From: an uncultured Nitrospira sp. | GTDB taxonomy: Bacteria > Nitrospirota > Nitrospiria > SBBL01 > JAADHI01 | Length of the DNA stretch: 64,000 nucleotides | Direction: 5' to 3' | Assembly: GCA_964451325.1 (NCBI GenBank) | Contig: CAYVHO010000004.1 | Location: 22,254-86,253 of the forward strand | Shown here: one piece after another, positions 46,092 to 55,242 of the stretch | Layout of the letters: each line of letters starts with the position of its first letter | Position numbering within the stretch: position 1 is the first letter of the stretch | The notes under the pieces: generated by a model | Databases searched by the model: none | What the model was told of the DNA's origin: nothing | Seen by the model: the letters and a program-made list of their open reading frames with translations, nothing else | Translations under genes and position numbers: made by a program

Positions 46092-46783
46092 AAATTGCCG
46101 TGATTCCGGCCCGTGGTAAGAGTAAGCGTATTCCAAGAAAGAATATCAAGGAGTTCTGCGGTAGGCCTATGCTCGCATGGTCTATCGAAACCGCGAAAGC
46201 ATCTAAATTATTCGACCACATTATTGTATCAACAGATGATGCTGAAATCGCCACCGTATCGAAAACTTGGGGGGCAGAGGTTCCTTTCATGCGTCCTGCT
46301 GAACTTTCTAATGATCATGCGAATACCGTCGAAGTTATTGCTCATGCTACGCAGTGGGGGTTACAGCAGGGTTGGATGGTCTCAGCAGTATGTTGCGTCT
46401 ATGCCACTGCGCCATTCATCCAAGTTGAAGACCTCAAGCGGGGCTTAGAAGCACTAGAATCCGGCGACTGGGCATATGCATTCACGGTAACTGACTTTGC
46501 TGCACCTATACTTCGGTCTTTCCGGAAACATTCTGAAGGCGGAGTCGAGATGTTTTTCCCCGAACATTTCTCAACTCGCTCCCAAGATTTCCAAAATGCA
46601 ATACACGATGCAGGACAGTTTTATTGGGGACGTCCTTCAGCTTGGATGGAGGGCAAACAGATTTTTGACCGGCATTCAGTACCCATCGCCATCCCGCGCT
46701 GGCGAGTGCAAGATATCGACACTCAGGATGACTGGATTAGAGCAGAGCTTATTCATAACCAATTAGAGGCCAAGAAAACATGA
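46088..46783 (+). CDS. pseF: Pseudaminic acid cytidylyltransferase (CMP-NeuAc synthetase family).
   Basis: ..AVIPARGKSKRIPRKN.. cytidylyltransferase motif. 231 aa. Cluster context. Confidence 0.8.
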   Translation: MKIAVIPARGKSKRIPRKNIKEFCGRPMLAWSIETAKASKLFDHIIVSTDDAEIATVSKTWGAEVPFMRPAELSNDHANTVEVIAHATQWGLQQGWMVSAVCCVYATAPFIQVEDLKRGLEALESGDWAYAFTVTDFAAPILRSFRKHSEGGVEMFFPEHFSTRSQDFQNAIHDAGQFYWGRPSAWMEGKQIFDRHSVPIAIPRWRVQDIDTQDDWIRAELIHNQLEAKKT

Positions 46784-47415
46784 CGGACACATCTAAACAT
46801 GTAACACCTCAGGAAACATTCTGGGCGGGAGATTTCGGGACAGAATACATCGGCCGAAACGACAGCAAGCAACTTTTAGCATCTAACCTGAACTTCTTTA
46901 CCAAGGCCCTAAAACAAGCGGGAAAGATCTCGTCTTGCTTGGAATTTGGTGCCAATATTGGTATGAATTTAAAGGTACTTCAGTTCCTTTACTCCGAAAT
47001 AAAACTAAAAGGGGTTGAAATCAACCCTGATGCAGCTAAATTACTTAGGGACCTAATAGGTGAAGATAATGTTTACCAAGGCTCGATACTCGATTATCCT
47101 GTAACCGTTCAAGTCAATCTAGCATTGATAAAAGGAGTCTTGATTCACATTAATCCTGAAATCTTGAGTGCTGTATATGAAAAATTATACCAAAGCTCAA
47201 GCCAGTATATTCTAGTTTGTGAATACTACAACCCTTCGCCTGTTGCAATCCCTTATCGTGGTCATGCAGATCGCCTGTTTAAGCGAGATTTCGCTGGTGA
47301 GATGCTAGATAGATATCCTGACCTATGGCTCGTTGATTATGGTTTTGCGTATCACCGAGATATTGCATTTCCACAAGATGATATCACTTGGTTCTTGATG
47401 GAAAAGAGGAACTGA
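46780..47415 (+). CDS. Pseudaminic-acid-biosynthesis-associated methyltransferase-like protein.
   Basis: 211 aa with an SAM-MTase-like glycine motif (..LEFGANIGMNL..). The position between pseF and the amidotransferase genes matches the pse-associated methylase family. Confidence 0.5.
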   Translation: MTDTSKHVTPQETFWAGDFGTEYIGRNDSKQLLASNLNFFTKALKQAGKISSCLEFGANIGMNLKVLQFLYSEIKLKGVEINPDAAKLLRDLIGEDNVYQGSILDYPVTVQVNLALIKGVLIHINPEILSAVYEKLYQSSSQYILVCEYYNPSPVAIPYRGHADRLFKRDFAGEMLDRYPDLWLVDYGFAYHRDIAFPQDDITWFLMEKRN

Positions 47416-47416
47416 A

Positions 47417-48565
47417 ATGTTGAAGTATTGTAAGCATTGTGTAATGCCACACACGAAACCTGATCTTCGTATTGATGAAGAGGGTGTTTGTAATGCATGC
47501 CGTTCCATGGAAGAACGAGAAAAAGTTGATTGGGAACTACGCAGAGAAAAGCTGCTAACCCTTCTCAAAAAGTATCGTCAAAATGCGGGTAATTGGGACT
47601 GTATCGTCCCCGTAAGTGGAGGAAAAGATAGCACATACCAAGTCGTTCGCATGCTACAGTTGGGACTCAATCCGCTTTGCGTGACTTCAACGACTTGTGA
47701 TCTTTCTGATATAGGCCGAAAAAATATTGATAATATCAAAAATCTTGGTGTTGATTACGTTGAGTTTTCTCCCAATCCAATTGTCAGAGCGAAGTTAAAT
47801 CGTATTGGATTAACAGAAGTTGGAGACATTTCTTGGCCAGAGCACGTTGGAATTTTCACTATACCGGTGCGTGCTGCTGTTCAATTTAATGTGCAGCTCA
47901 TTGTTTGGGGCGAAAATTCCCAAAATGAGTACGGTGGGCCTGCTGCTGCTTCAGAAAATAATGTGCTGACTAGGCGATGGCTTGAAGAGTTTGGCGGTCT
48001 TCTCGGCATGCGCGTATCTGATCTCACCGAGACATATGGCATTGAGCAAAGACACCTTTTCCCCTATAAATATCCCGACGAAGAGGAACTAAAGCGCGTA
48101 GGTGTTACGGGACTTTTCTTAGGGTATTATTTGCCTTGGGATGGTTTGTCAAACGCACTTATTGCCCAAGCAAATGGGTTTACAACTTTTGATAAGTCTG
48201 TGGAAGGGTCCATGGTCAATTACGAAAACTTAGATAATTGTCAAACAGGCATACATGATTACTTTAAATTCTTGAAATTTGGATTTTCTCGTGCAACAGA
48301 TATCGCTTGTTTGCATGTGAGACGTGGGCGTATTACACGGCAGGATGCGATGGAAATTGTAAAAGCGCGTGATGGAAAATTCCCTTGGACCTACCTTGGT
48401 AAATCATTGCAGGACGTTCTTGTACCACTGAATCTTTCAATTGATGAATTTATCAAGGTCTGCGACCGTTTCACAAACAAGAAGATATTTAAGCGAGATG
48501 GATCTGGCGCTTTGATTAAGGACAAACGTGGAAATTTGGAAAAATTGAATTACGACAATCCATGA
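47417..48565 (+). CDS. N-acetyl sugar amidotransferase (WbpG/PseA-like, PP-loop ATP pyrophosphatase family).
   Basis: N-terminal Cys cluster (CKHCVMP...CNAC) and PP-loop SGGKDS. Followed directly by hisH/hisF paralogues, the characteristic three-gene set. Confidence 0.75.
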   Translation: MLKYCKHCVMPHTKPDLRIDEEGVCNACRSMEEREKVDWELRREKLLTLLKKYRQNAGNWDCIVPVSGGKDSTYQVVRMLQLGLNPLCVTSTTCDLSDIGRKNIDNIKNLGVDYVEFSPNPIVRAKLNRIGLTEVGDISWPEHVGIFTIPVRAAVQFNVQLIVWGENSQNEYGGPAAASENNVLTRRWLEEFGGLLGMRVSDLTETYGIEQRHLFPYKYPDEEELKRVGVTGLFLGYYLPWDGLSNALIAQANGFTTFDKSVEGSMVNYENLDNCQTGIHDYFKFLKFGFSRATDIACLHVRRGRITRQDAMEIVKARDGKFPWTYLGKSLQDVLVPLNLSIDEFIKVCDRFTNKKIFKRDGSGALIKDKRGNLEKLNYDNP

Positions 48566-49185
48566 GGATAGCAATTATCAACTACGGTATGGGAAACCTG
48601 GGTTCAGTCCGCAGAGCTTTTGAAGATATTGGAGCCGAGGTGTTTGTTGCCAATCATCCTTCTACCATTTACGAAGCAAACAGAGTTGTACTTCCTGGTG
48701 TAGGTGCTTTTTCTGATGGCGTAAAATTTTTAAACAGCAATGGATGGATCGATGCTTTGCGTCATGTTGTTATTCAAGAGCGTAAGCCTCTACTTGGCAT
48801 TTGTTTAGGAATGCAAATGCTTGCCTCTGTCGGCCACGAGGGTGGGCTGACACCAGGACTAGGTTTTATTCCTGGTGAGGTTAAAAGATTAGATTTACTA
48901 GGCTGTAAACTAAGAATTCCGCATATGGGTTGGAATGAGCTCCGATATAAGAGTAGAGACGTGATCTTTAGTGAAATCCCGGATGCATCAGATTTTTATT
49001 TTGTTCATAGTTATGCATTTGTTCCCAAAAATGACAAGCACTTGATTGCTACGACACCCTATGATTGCAATGTGGCTGCGGTTGTGCGGAACGATAATGT
49101 TTTTGGTTGTCAATTTCACCCTGAAAAAAGCTCAAGGGCTGGGAGGCAGCTTCTGAAAAATTTTATGGACTATTCCCCATGTTGA
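48562..49185 (+). CDS. hisH: Glutamine amidotransferase subunit, a HisH paralogue, in the polysaccharide cluster.
   Basis: ..IAIINYGMGNLGSV.. and the catalytic Cys in GICLGMQ; GATase class I. Confidence 0.85.
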   Translation: MRIAIINYGMGNLGSVRRAFEDIGAEVFVANHPSTIYEANRVVLPGVGAFSDGVKFLNSNGWIDALRHVVIQERKPLLGICLGMQMLASVGHEGGLTPGLGFIPGEVKRLDLLGCKLRIPHMGWNELRYKSRDVIFSEIPDASDFYFVHSYAFVPKNDKHLIATTPYDCNVAAVVRNDNVFGCQFHPEKSSRAGRQLLKNFMDYSPC

Positions 49186-49961
49186 AAGTCAGAGTTATCC
49201 CAACCTTGCTTTGGAAAAATTTTGGTTTGGTTAAAGGTACTGGATTTGATAGTTGGCGACGAGTAGGGCCCGTCCTTCCAACTCTTAAGGTCTATAACTC
49301 GCGAGATGTAGATGAATTAATTCTGGTTGATATCATGGCATCGCAAGAAGGAAATGATCCTGATCATGATTCAATCAACGACTTCTCGGAGGAGTGTACT
49401 GTTCCACTTACAGTAGGGGGGGGGATAACCGAGCTTGAGCAAATCGTCTCACTTCTGCATGCTGGAGCCGATAAAATTTCCATCAATACCGCAGCTTATT
49501 CGAATCCCGCCCTCATTGAAGCAGCAGCGAGTCGTTTTGGGGTGCAGTGTGTGGTCGCCAGCGTTGACACCCGTCGATTTGAAGATGGCCGGTATCGTTG
49601 CTTCAGCCACTCTTCTACAGTTGACACTGGTAAAGATCCCGTTGAGTGGACTAAAGAGCTCGTAGCTCGAGGAGCTGGAGAAATCCTTCTAACTTCCATT
49701 GATCGAGATGGTACTATGCTTGGCTACGACCTGGATCTTATAGAGCGAGTAGTGAGCGCAGTGGAAGTCCCTGTGATTGCTTCTGGCGGGGCTGGGAACT
49801 ATCAGAACATGATTGATGCTGTAAAGCAGGCTGGGGCTTCCGCAGTTGCAGCAGCAAGTATCTTTCACTTTACGGAATTGACGCCCGCAGGAGCTAAATT
49901 CGCAATGCATGCCTCAGGGATTCCCGTTCGGAGAAATTTTACCGGTAATACTTTAAGATGA
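49179..49961 (+). CDS. hisF: Imidazole-glycerol-phosphate-synthase cyclase-like subunit, a HisF paralogue.
   Basis: TIM-barrel HisF pattern (..RVIPTLL.., ..DELILVDI.., ..GGGI.., ..ASGGAG..). Confidence 0.85.
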   Translation: MLKVRVIPTLLWKNFGLVKGTGFDSWRRVGPVLPTLKVYNSRDVDELILVDIMASQEGNDPDHDSINDFSEECTVPLTVGGGITELEQIVSLLHAGADKISINTAAYSNPALIEAAASRFGVQCVVASVDTRRFEDGRYRCFSHSSTVDTGKDPVEWTKELVARGAGEILLTSIDRDGTMLGYDLDLIERVVSAVEVPVIASGGAGNYQNMIDAVKQAGASAVAAASIFHFTELTPAGAKFAMHASGIPVRRNFTGNTLR

Positions 49962-51466
49962 ATATTGCGATTCGCGTTGATGCATCTGCCCAAATAGGGA
50001 CAGGACACCTTATGCGATGCCTGACACTTGCGGATGCATTGAAGTCACGTGGACTACAAATTCGCTTTGTCAGTTCCCAGATGCCTAAGCATTTTCAGAA
50101 CTTGCTAGCTACAAGAGGGCATGAGTTTATGATGCTCGATAACAGCCTAAGTGAGGTAAGCTCTGGTGACCTCTCCCATTCTCACTGGCTCGACACCAGC
50201 CAACACGTTGACGCGCAAAATACGATACAGGCGCTAGCTGATCAAATCTGGGGCTGGGTTATTGTCGACCACTATGCTTTAGATTATCGGTGGGAATCAT
50301 TACTTCGTCAAACAGCAAAGAATATCTTGGTCATTGATGATATTGCTGACCGTCGTCATAACTGCGATGTGCTTCTGGATCAGAATTTTTATACGGATAT
50401 GAATGCTAGATACATGGGTAAAGTGCCCAACCATTGCCAGCTACTGCTGGGGCCATATTATGCACTATTACGTGACGAGTTCCGACAACTGCATGAACAA
50501 AGAAAACCGCACACTGGGGCAGTTAAGCGCATATTGATTTTTTTTGGTGGGATAGATAGAGACAATCACACAACGCACGCTATCAAGGCACTAGACGAGA
50601 TAGTGAGCCACGATTTGCATGTGGATGTCGTGATTGGTGCGCAACACACGCACCGCCAGCAAATTGAATCGATATGCGCGGATCGCAAATTTTTCTGTCA
50701 TGTGCAGACCAATCAGATGGCCGAGTTGATGACTGTGGCGGATTTGGCAATCGGTGCTGGCGGCTCAACGACCTGGGAGCGTTGCTGTCTGGGGTTACCC
50801 ACGTTGACCATTTGTACGGCTGAGAACCAACGCAAACAAATTGCTGACGCTGCCTCTGAGGGTTTGCTTTATGCGCCAAATTTGAAAGGCAAGTTGATCT
50901 TCGTCGTGAGAGATCATCTGAAAACACTCATAGAAAACGATTATCTAAGGAATTTTCTTTCCCACAATGGCATGAAGGCTGTGGACGGGCGTGGGGTGTT
51001 ACGAATCATACGGAAATTGGGTTGCAACAATATAGAAATTCGAGTTGCCAAGCATGATGATTCGCAAAACTTGTTCAATTGGCGTAACCATCCCACTGTT
51101 AGAGTCGCTTCTCGGAATAGCGATACAATCACTTGGGAGAGTCACCAAAAATGGTTTACCTCGATTATGAGTGATCGCGACAGATTGCTACTCATAGGTC
51201 AACACAATAATGTTCCAGTGGGGGTTGTGCGTTTCGATGTGCAAGGCAATGAGTCGGAGGTTTCTATTTACCTTGTGCCAAATATCCAGAAAACGGGGTT
51301 AGGACAAGAACTATTACAGAATGCGGAGCATTGGTTGATAAGCCATCGTCCAAGTGTAACTAAAATTCGTGCCCATGTTCTCAATAGAAATAAGCCTTCT
51401 CAATGTCTTTTTCTGAAGACAGGCTACCAAATTAAATCAACTTGCTATTTAAAGAGCCTCCGTTAA
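49958..51466 (+). CDS. pseG: Bifunctional PseG-PseH fusion: a UDP-2,4-diacetamido-2,4,6-trideoxy-beta-L-altropyranose hydrolase fused to a GNAT N-acetyltransferase.
   Basis: N-terminal PseG pattern (MNIAIRVDASAQIGTGHLMRCLTLADAL..). C-terminal roughly 150 aa has a GNAT-like fold (..VGVVRFD...IYLVPNIQKTGLGQELL..). Confidence 0.68.
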   Translation: MNIAIRVDASAQIGTGHLMRCLTLADALKSRGLQIRFVSSQMPKHFQNLLATRGHEFMMLDNSLSEVSSGDLSHSHWLDTSQHVDAQNTIQALADQIWGWVIVDHYALDYRWESLLRQTAKNILVIDDIADRRHNCDVLLDQNFYTDMNARYMGKVPNHCQLLLGPYYALLRDEFRQLHEQRKPHTGAVKRILIFFGGIDRDNHTTHAIKALDEIVSHDLHVDVVIGAQHTHRQQIESICADRKFFCHVQTNQMAELMTVADLAIGAGGSTTWERCCLGLPTLTICTAENQRKQIADAASEGLLYAPNLKGKLIFVVRDHLKTLIENDYLRNFLSHNGMKAVDGRGVLRIIRKLGCNNIEIRVAKHDDSQNLFNWRNHPTVRVASRNSDTITWESHQKWFTSIMSDRDRLLLIGQHNNVPVGVVRFDVQGNESEVSIYLVPNIQKTGLGQELLQNAEHWLISHRPSVTKIRAHVLNRNKPSQCLFLKTGYQIKSTCYLKSLR

Positions 51467-51468
51467 AA

Positions 51469-52524
51469 ATGACCGAAAAACTCAAGATCGCTGGTAGGTT
51501 AATAGGCCAAAACCACATTCCATTTATTATTGCCGAAATATCTGGAAATCATAATCAATCGCTAGATCGGGCACTAGAAATTGTTGAAGCTGCAGCGAAA
51601 TCAGGTGCTCAAGCACTAAAAATTCAAACCTACACACCTGATACAATGACGCTTGATCTTGATGAGCGTGAGTTCCATATCAGCGATTCAAATAGCTTGT
51701 GGGAAGGAACATCACTCTACAAACTCTATGGCAAAGCCTATACTCCATGGGAATGGCATAAGCCAATTTTTGATAGGGCACTTGAACTGGGCATTATAGC
51801 CTTCAGTACCCCATTTGACGACACGGCAGTAGATTTTCTTGAAAGCTTGGATGTGCCGTGCTACAAGATTGCTTCTTTTGAAAACACTGATCTGCAGTTG
51901 ATTCGTCGCGTTGCTGCGACAGGAAAACCGCTGATTATCTCTACAGGTATGGCTACTGTGGCAGAGCTAGATGAAACTGTATGTGCTGCACGTAAAGCAG
52001 GCTGCAATGACTTGATTCTACTCAAATGTACCAGTACCTATCCCGCCACGGCAGTAAATACCAACATACTAACGATCCCACACCTGCGAGAGATGTTTGG
52101 TTGCGAGGTCGGCTTGTCTGACCACACCATGGGTGTGGGTGTGTCTGTGGCCAGCGTGGCTTTGGGTGCTACCGTTATCGAAAAGCACTTCACTCTCAAC
52201 CGGGCCGATGGTGGTGTGGATAGCACCTTTTCCATAGAACCAAGTGAGATGGTTCAACTAGTTCTGGAAACGGAACGCGCTTGGCAGGCACTGGGACAAG
52301 TGAGTTATGGCCCGACTGAAGCGGAAAAAAAATCCCTCCAGTTTCGTCGCTCACTCTATGTGGTGCAAGATCTCAAGGTTGGAGATGTGTTCACGCATGA
52401 TAATGTGCGAGCCATTAGGCCGGGTTATGGATTACCAATAAAGTTTTTTGATGTTTTTTTCGGCAAGCGAGTTACCAGTGATGTTAGCCGGGGAACCCCT
52501 TTATCATGGAAATTATTAGGTTGA
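51469..52524 (+). CDS. pseI: Pseudaminic acid synthase (NeuB family).
   Basis: Start taken at MTEKLKIAGR.. N-terminal ..PFIIAEISGNHNQSLD.. and a NeuB-type TIM barrel plus C-terminal antifreeze-like domain. Confidence 0.85.
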   Translation: MTEKLKIAGRLIGQNHIPFIIAEISGNHNQSLDRALEIVEAAAKSGAQALKIQTYTPDTMTLDLDEREFHISDSNSLWEGTSLYKLYGKAYTPWEWHKPIFDRALELGIIAFSTPFDDTAVDFLESLDVPCYKIASFENTDLQLIRRVAATGKPLIISTGMATVAELDETVCAARKAGCNDLILLKCTSTYPATAVNTNILTIPHLREMFGCEVGLSDHTMGVGVSVASVALGATVIEKHFTLNRADGGVDSTFSIEPSEMVQLVLETERAWQALGQVSYGPTEAEKKSLQFRRSLYVVQDLKVGDVFTHDNVRAIRPGYGLPIKFFDVFFGKRVTSDVSRGTPLSWKLLG

Positions 52525-52769
52525 ATAGCCCACGAGACACAACGTCCCTTGAACGAGAAATAAATGTATTTAGTGCAAAGTGAGCGATGAGTTCGAAGGA
52601 TATCTGCCTCTTTTGATGTTTCTATTTCTTTTCGGATTCTATCGTTGCCTTGCGGCAATGTGGCACACACATTCTTAATTATCCCTAAAGGAGCATTTAT
52701 TAAGCACCCTGGAAGAACTATAAACTAAATACCTGCTGATGCCCTTAAATAAATCGCGTGAGTTAACAT

Positions 52770-54047
52770 TTGAAAGTCTCGCCTAATATCTTCTTACGGT
52801 TTTCTCAACAATTTACTCATTTCCTCTACACTCCAATACTCGGGTTTGCGGCACTGATAGCTATGATCAAGTTAGCTATCTATGCGTACTTTCTTGATGT
52901 GAATGAATTTGGCTTACTATCTAAGTTGCTGTTGATTTCATTTTTTTTTTCCGTTGCAGGAAGCTGTGGATTTCAACACTTAGCCCAACGTGATCTTCCT
53001 GCGGAGTTTGCAGCAGGACGCTATCGTAAAGGTATTGTCATTTTGGGAAAGGCCGGTATCGTTACTTCGGTAACGGCATTAGCCATTTGCTTTATTCCTT
53101 TGTTTGGCTTTTCTTTGTTGGGTGTACCCCCTCTGACATTTATGTTTGCTGTAGTGCACGGTTGGGGACAACAGATATTCATGCTCGTTCTTATCGATAG
53201 TCGAAGTCGTCTAGAAATGACCCGTTATTCTCTGCAGGTTTTAGCAAGAACATTTCTATCTTTTGTTACCACAGTCATTGTGCTAATGTTGGGGGGGGAT
53301 GCTATAAGTATTGTTTTCTCAGAAATGATCATTACAGTATTGATCTCGGCGAAAATAATTAGGTGCTCGTTACATGCGGCTCATCTATCCATCTCTGTCT
53401 TTTTCAGGCTATCAAAAAAAGGGTACAATCAAAAAGAGTGGTATGTTTCAGTGGTTTTATTGGCAGGCGCAGTATTATCTTTTTTAAGTGTCAGTGTCGA
53501 CCGTTGGTTTGCAGCAAATTTTCTTTCCGGTGAAGATTTTGGGTTGTATTCATTTGCCTGGATTTCATTGTCTGCAGCATTATCTATACAAGCACTTCTG
53601 AATGCAGGTTTTTTTCCATTACTTGCACGGAAACGAGTTACTGAGTCGAATAAAAAAGTGTGGCATTTGACGGCGATTTTCTCAGGAGGCTTGTTAATTA
53701 TTGGACTGATTGCAGCATTTATTGCTAATGCCTTGGCTGTTTGGGCTATCCCTATTTGGTATCCAAAATACGTAAGTACTTTACCTTTCTTTCTCCCCTT
53801 ACTCCTGGCAGCAGCTTTTAGGGTTTCAGATTTTTGGTCTAGTTTTTTGATCATAATCCATCGTCAGAAGAGTTTATTGGTGCTGCAGTTTCTACTAATT
53901 CTAATTCCTATTACGTACTACTGGCTCAGCTTAATGGAACTATCTGAGGTACAGCACGTGCCGAAAAATTTTGCCTTGTTGGCTTTGTTTTTGTCTGCCG
54001 GGAATTATATTGTAACTGCATTGATGGCAAGAGCTACAATAACATAG
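52770..54047 (+). CDS. Polysaccharide biosynthesis membrane protein; putative Wzx-type flippase (MOP superfamily).
   Basis: 425-aa polytopic membrane protein with about 12 predicted TM segments, inside a glycan cluster. Assignment rests on topology and context. Confidence 0.45.
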   Translation: MKVSPNIFLRFSQQFTHFLYTPILGFAALIAMIKLAIYAYFLDVNEFGLLSKLLLISFFFSVAGSCGFQHLAQRDLPAEFAAGRYRKGIVILGKAGIVTSVTALAICFIPLFGFSLLGVPPLTFMFAVVHGWGQQIFMLVLIDSRSRLEMTRYSLQVLARTFLSFVTTVIVLMLGGDAISIVFSEMIITVLISAKIIRCSLHAAHLSISVFFRLSKKGYNQKEWYVSVVLLAGAVLSFLSVSVDRWFAANFLSGEDFGLYSFAWISLSAALSIQALLNAGFFPLLARKRVTESNKKVWHLTAIFSGGLLIIGLIAAFIANALAVWAIPIWYPKYVSTLPFFLPLLLAAAFRVSDFWSSFLIIIHRQKSLLVLQFLLILIPITYYWLSLMELSEVQHVPKNFALLALFLSAGNYIVTALMARATIT

Positions 54048-54088
54048 CTCGTTTTTTCATATTACGCAGACCAAGTAGGAAATTAGAA

Positions 54089-54988
54089 ATGCATTGGAAA
54101 TTAAAAGCAAAAGTATTTCGAATACTGTCAACTGTACCATTTGGTTCTCAAATACATTACATGCTTCAACGGTATGTTACTAGAGAGGTCCCGCGCAGAT
54201 CTAAATATCTAGACCAGTTATTAGTCACAGCAAAGAAACTACACGAAGATGTCAAGGTGAATTCCAAATTTGACATTGAAAGCGCATCATTTCTTGAGAT
54301 TGGCTGCGGGAGGGATTTGGCAGTGGCTGTTGCGCTGAGGTTAATGGGTGTCAGACATATTACGTGCGTTGATATTTCCAGACTGGCGAAACTATTTCTG
54401 ATTAACAATGCAGCGCGTCACATGGCAGCACAACTTGGAAAACCGTGTCCTCTAATCGAAACATGGGAAGACTTGGAAAAATTTGGTATTACCTATTCTG
54501 CACCAGAACACCTATCCACTTTAAAACTCGCGTCCAAATCGGTTGATTGTTTTTATTCCGTAGATACTCTTGAACACATTCCGCGTGAAAGCCTTAAAGA
54601 CATTCTTCTAGAGGCTCACAGAATCCTAAATTTGGGAGCGATAACGATTCACTTCATCGACTATAGCGACCATTATGCTAGAGGTAATGACAAAACATCC
54701 GCGCGGTTTAATTTTTTAATTTTTACAGATAAAGAGTGGTCACAATTTAACAGCATGTTCCAGTATGTCAACCGTATGCGACATAGTGAATATGTCGATT
54801 TATTTCTTCAAACTGGACTAAAACCAATCAGTATTGATACTGACATTGAGCCGTCTCAGGAGAAAATTTTGCAGCATCTAGCGCCAGAGTTTAATGGGTT
54901 TGATGTCAGCGACCTGTTTACAGTTCGGGCTAAAATAGTGGCATCTACGATCGGCAATCCTTCCAAAAATAAAAGCACTCAGAAGTAG
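54089..54988 (+). CDS. Class I SAM-dependent methyltransferase.
   Basis: Motif I ..FLEIGCGRDLAV.. and downstream MTase motifs. 299 aa. Confidence 0.6.
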   Translation: MHWKLKAKVFRILSTVPFGSQIHYMLQRYVTREVPRRSKYLDQLLVTAKKLHEDVKVNSKFDIESASFLEIGCGRDLAVAVALRLMGVRHITCVDISRLAKLFLINNAARHMAAQLGKPCPLIETWEDLEKFGITYSAPEHLSTLKLASKSVDCFYSVDTLEHIPRESLKDILLEAHRILNLGAITIHFIDYSDHYARGNDKTSARFNFLIFTDKEWSQFNSMFQYVNRMRHSEYVDLFLQTGLKPISIDTDIEPSQEKILQHLAPEFNGFDVSDLFTVRAKIVASTIGNPSKNKSTQK

Positions 54989-55023
54989 AATTTTTCTATA
55001 TAATTGCAGGAGGGGAATCTACG

Positions 55024-55235
55024 ATGAAGAGATCAAAATTTACAAATTATAGGGATGTCAAAGGGAGCAGAGACCGGGGTATTGATGGTGGGACTCTGCC
55101 GTCAGCATGTGAGTGATGCGATATTTTATAAGTGGCGCTCACAGTACGCTGGGATGGATGTGTCAATAACGAAACGGATGAAAGACTCAGAATGAGGAAA
55201 ACCGTCGTTTGAAAAAAAGGTATCAGACAAAAAAT
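55024..55235 (+). mobile_element. Decayed fragment of an IS3-family transposase orfA (HTH region), carrying internal frameshifts.
   Basis: MKRSKFT.. and, after a frame change, ..LCRQHVSDAIFYKWRSQYAGMDVS.. resemble IS3 OrfA (MKKSRFT...GISDATFYKWRSKYGGMEVS). Stops and frameshifts interrupt it. No intact orfB or terminal repeats were seen. Confidence 0.55.
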
Positions 55236-55242
55236 AAGCACC

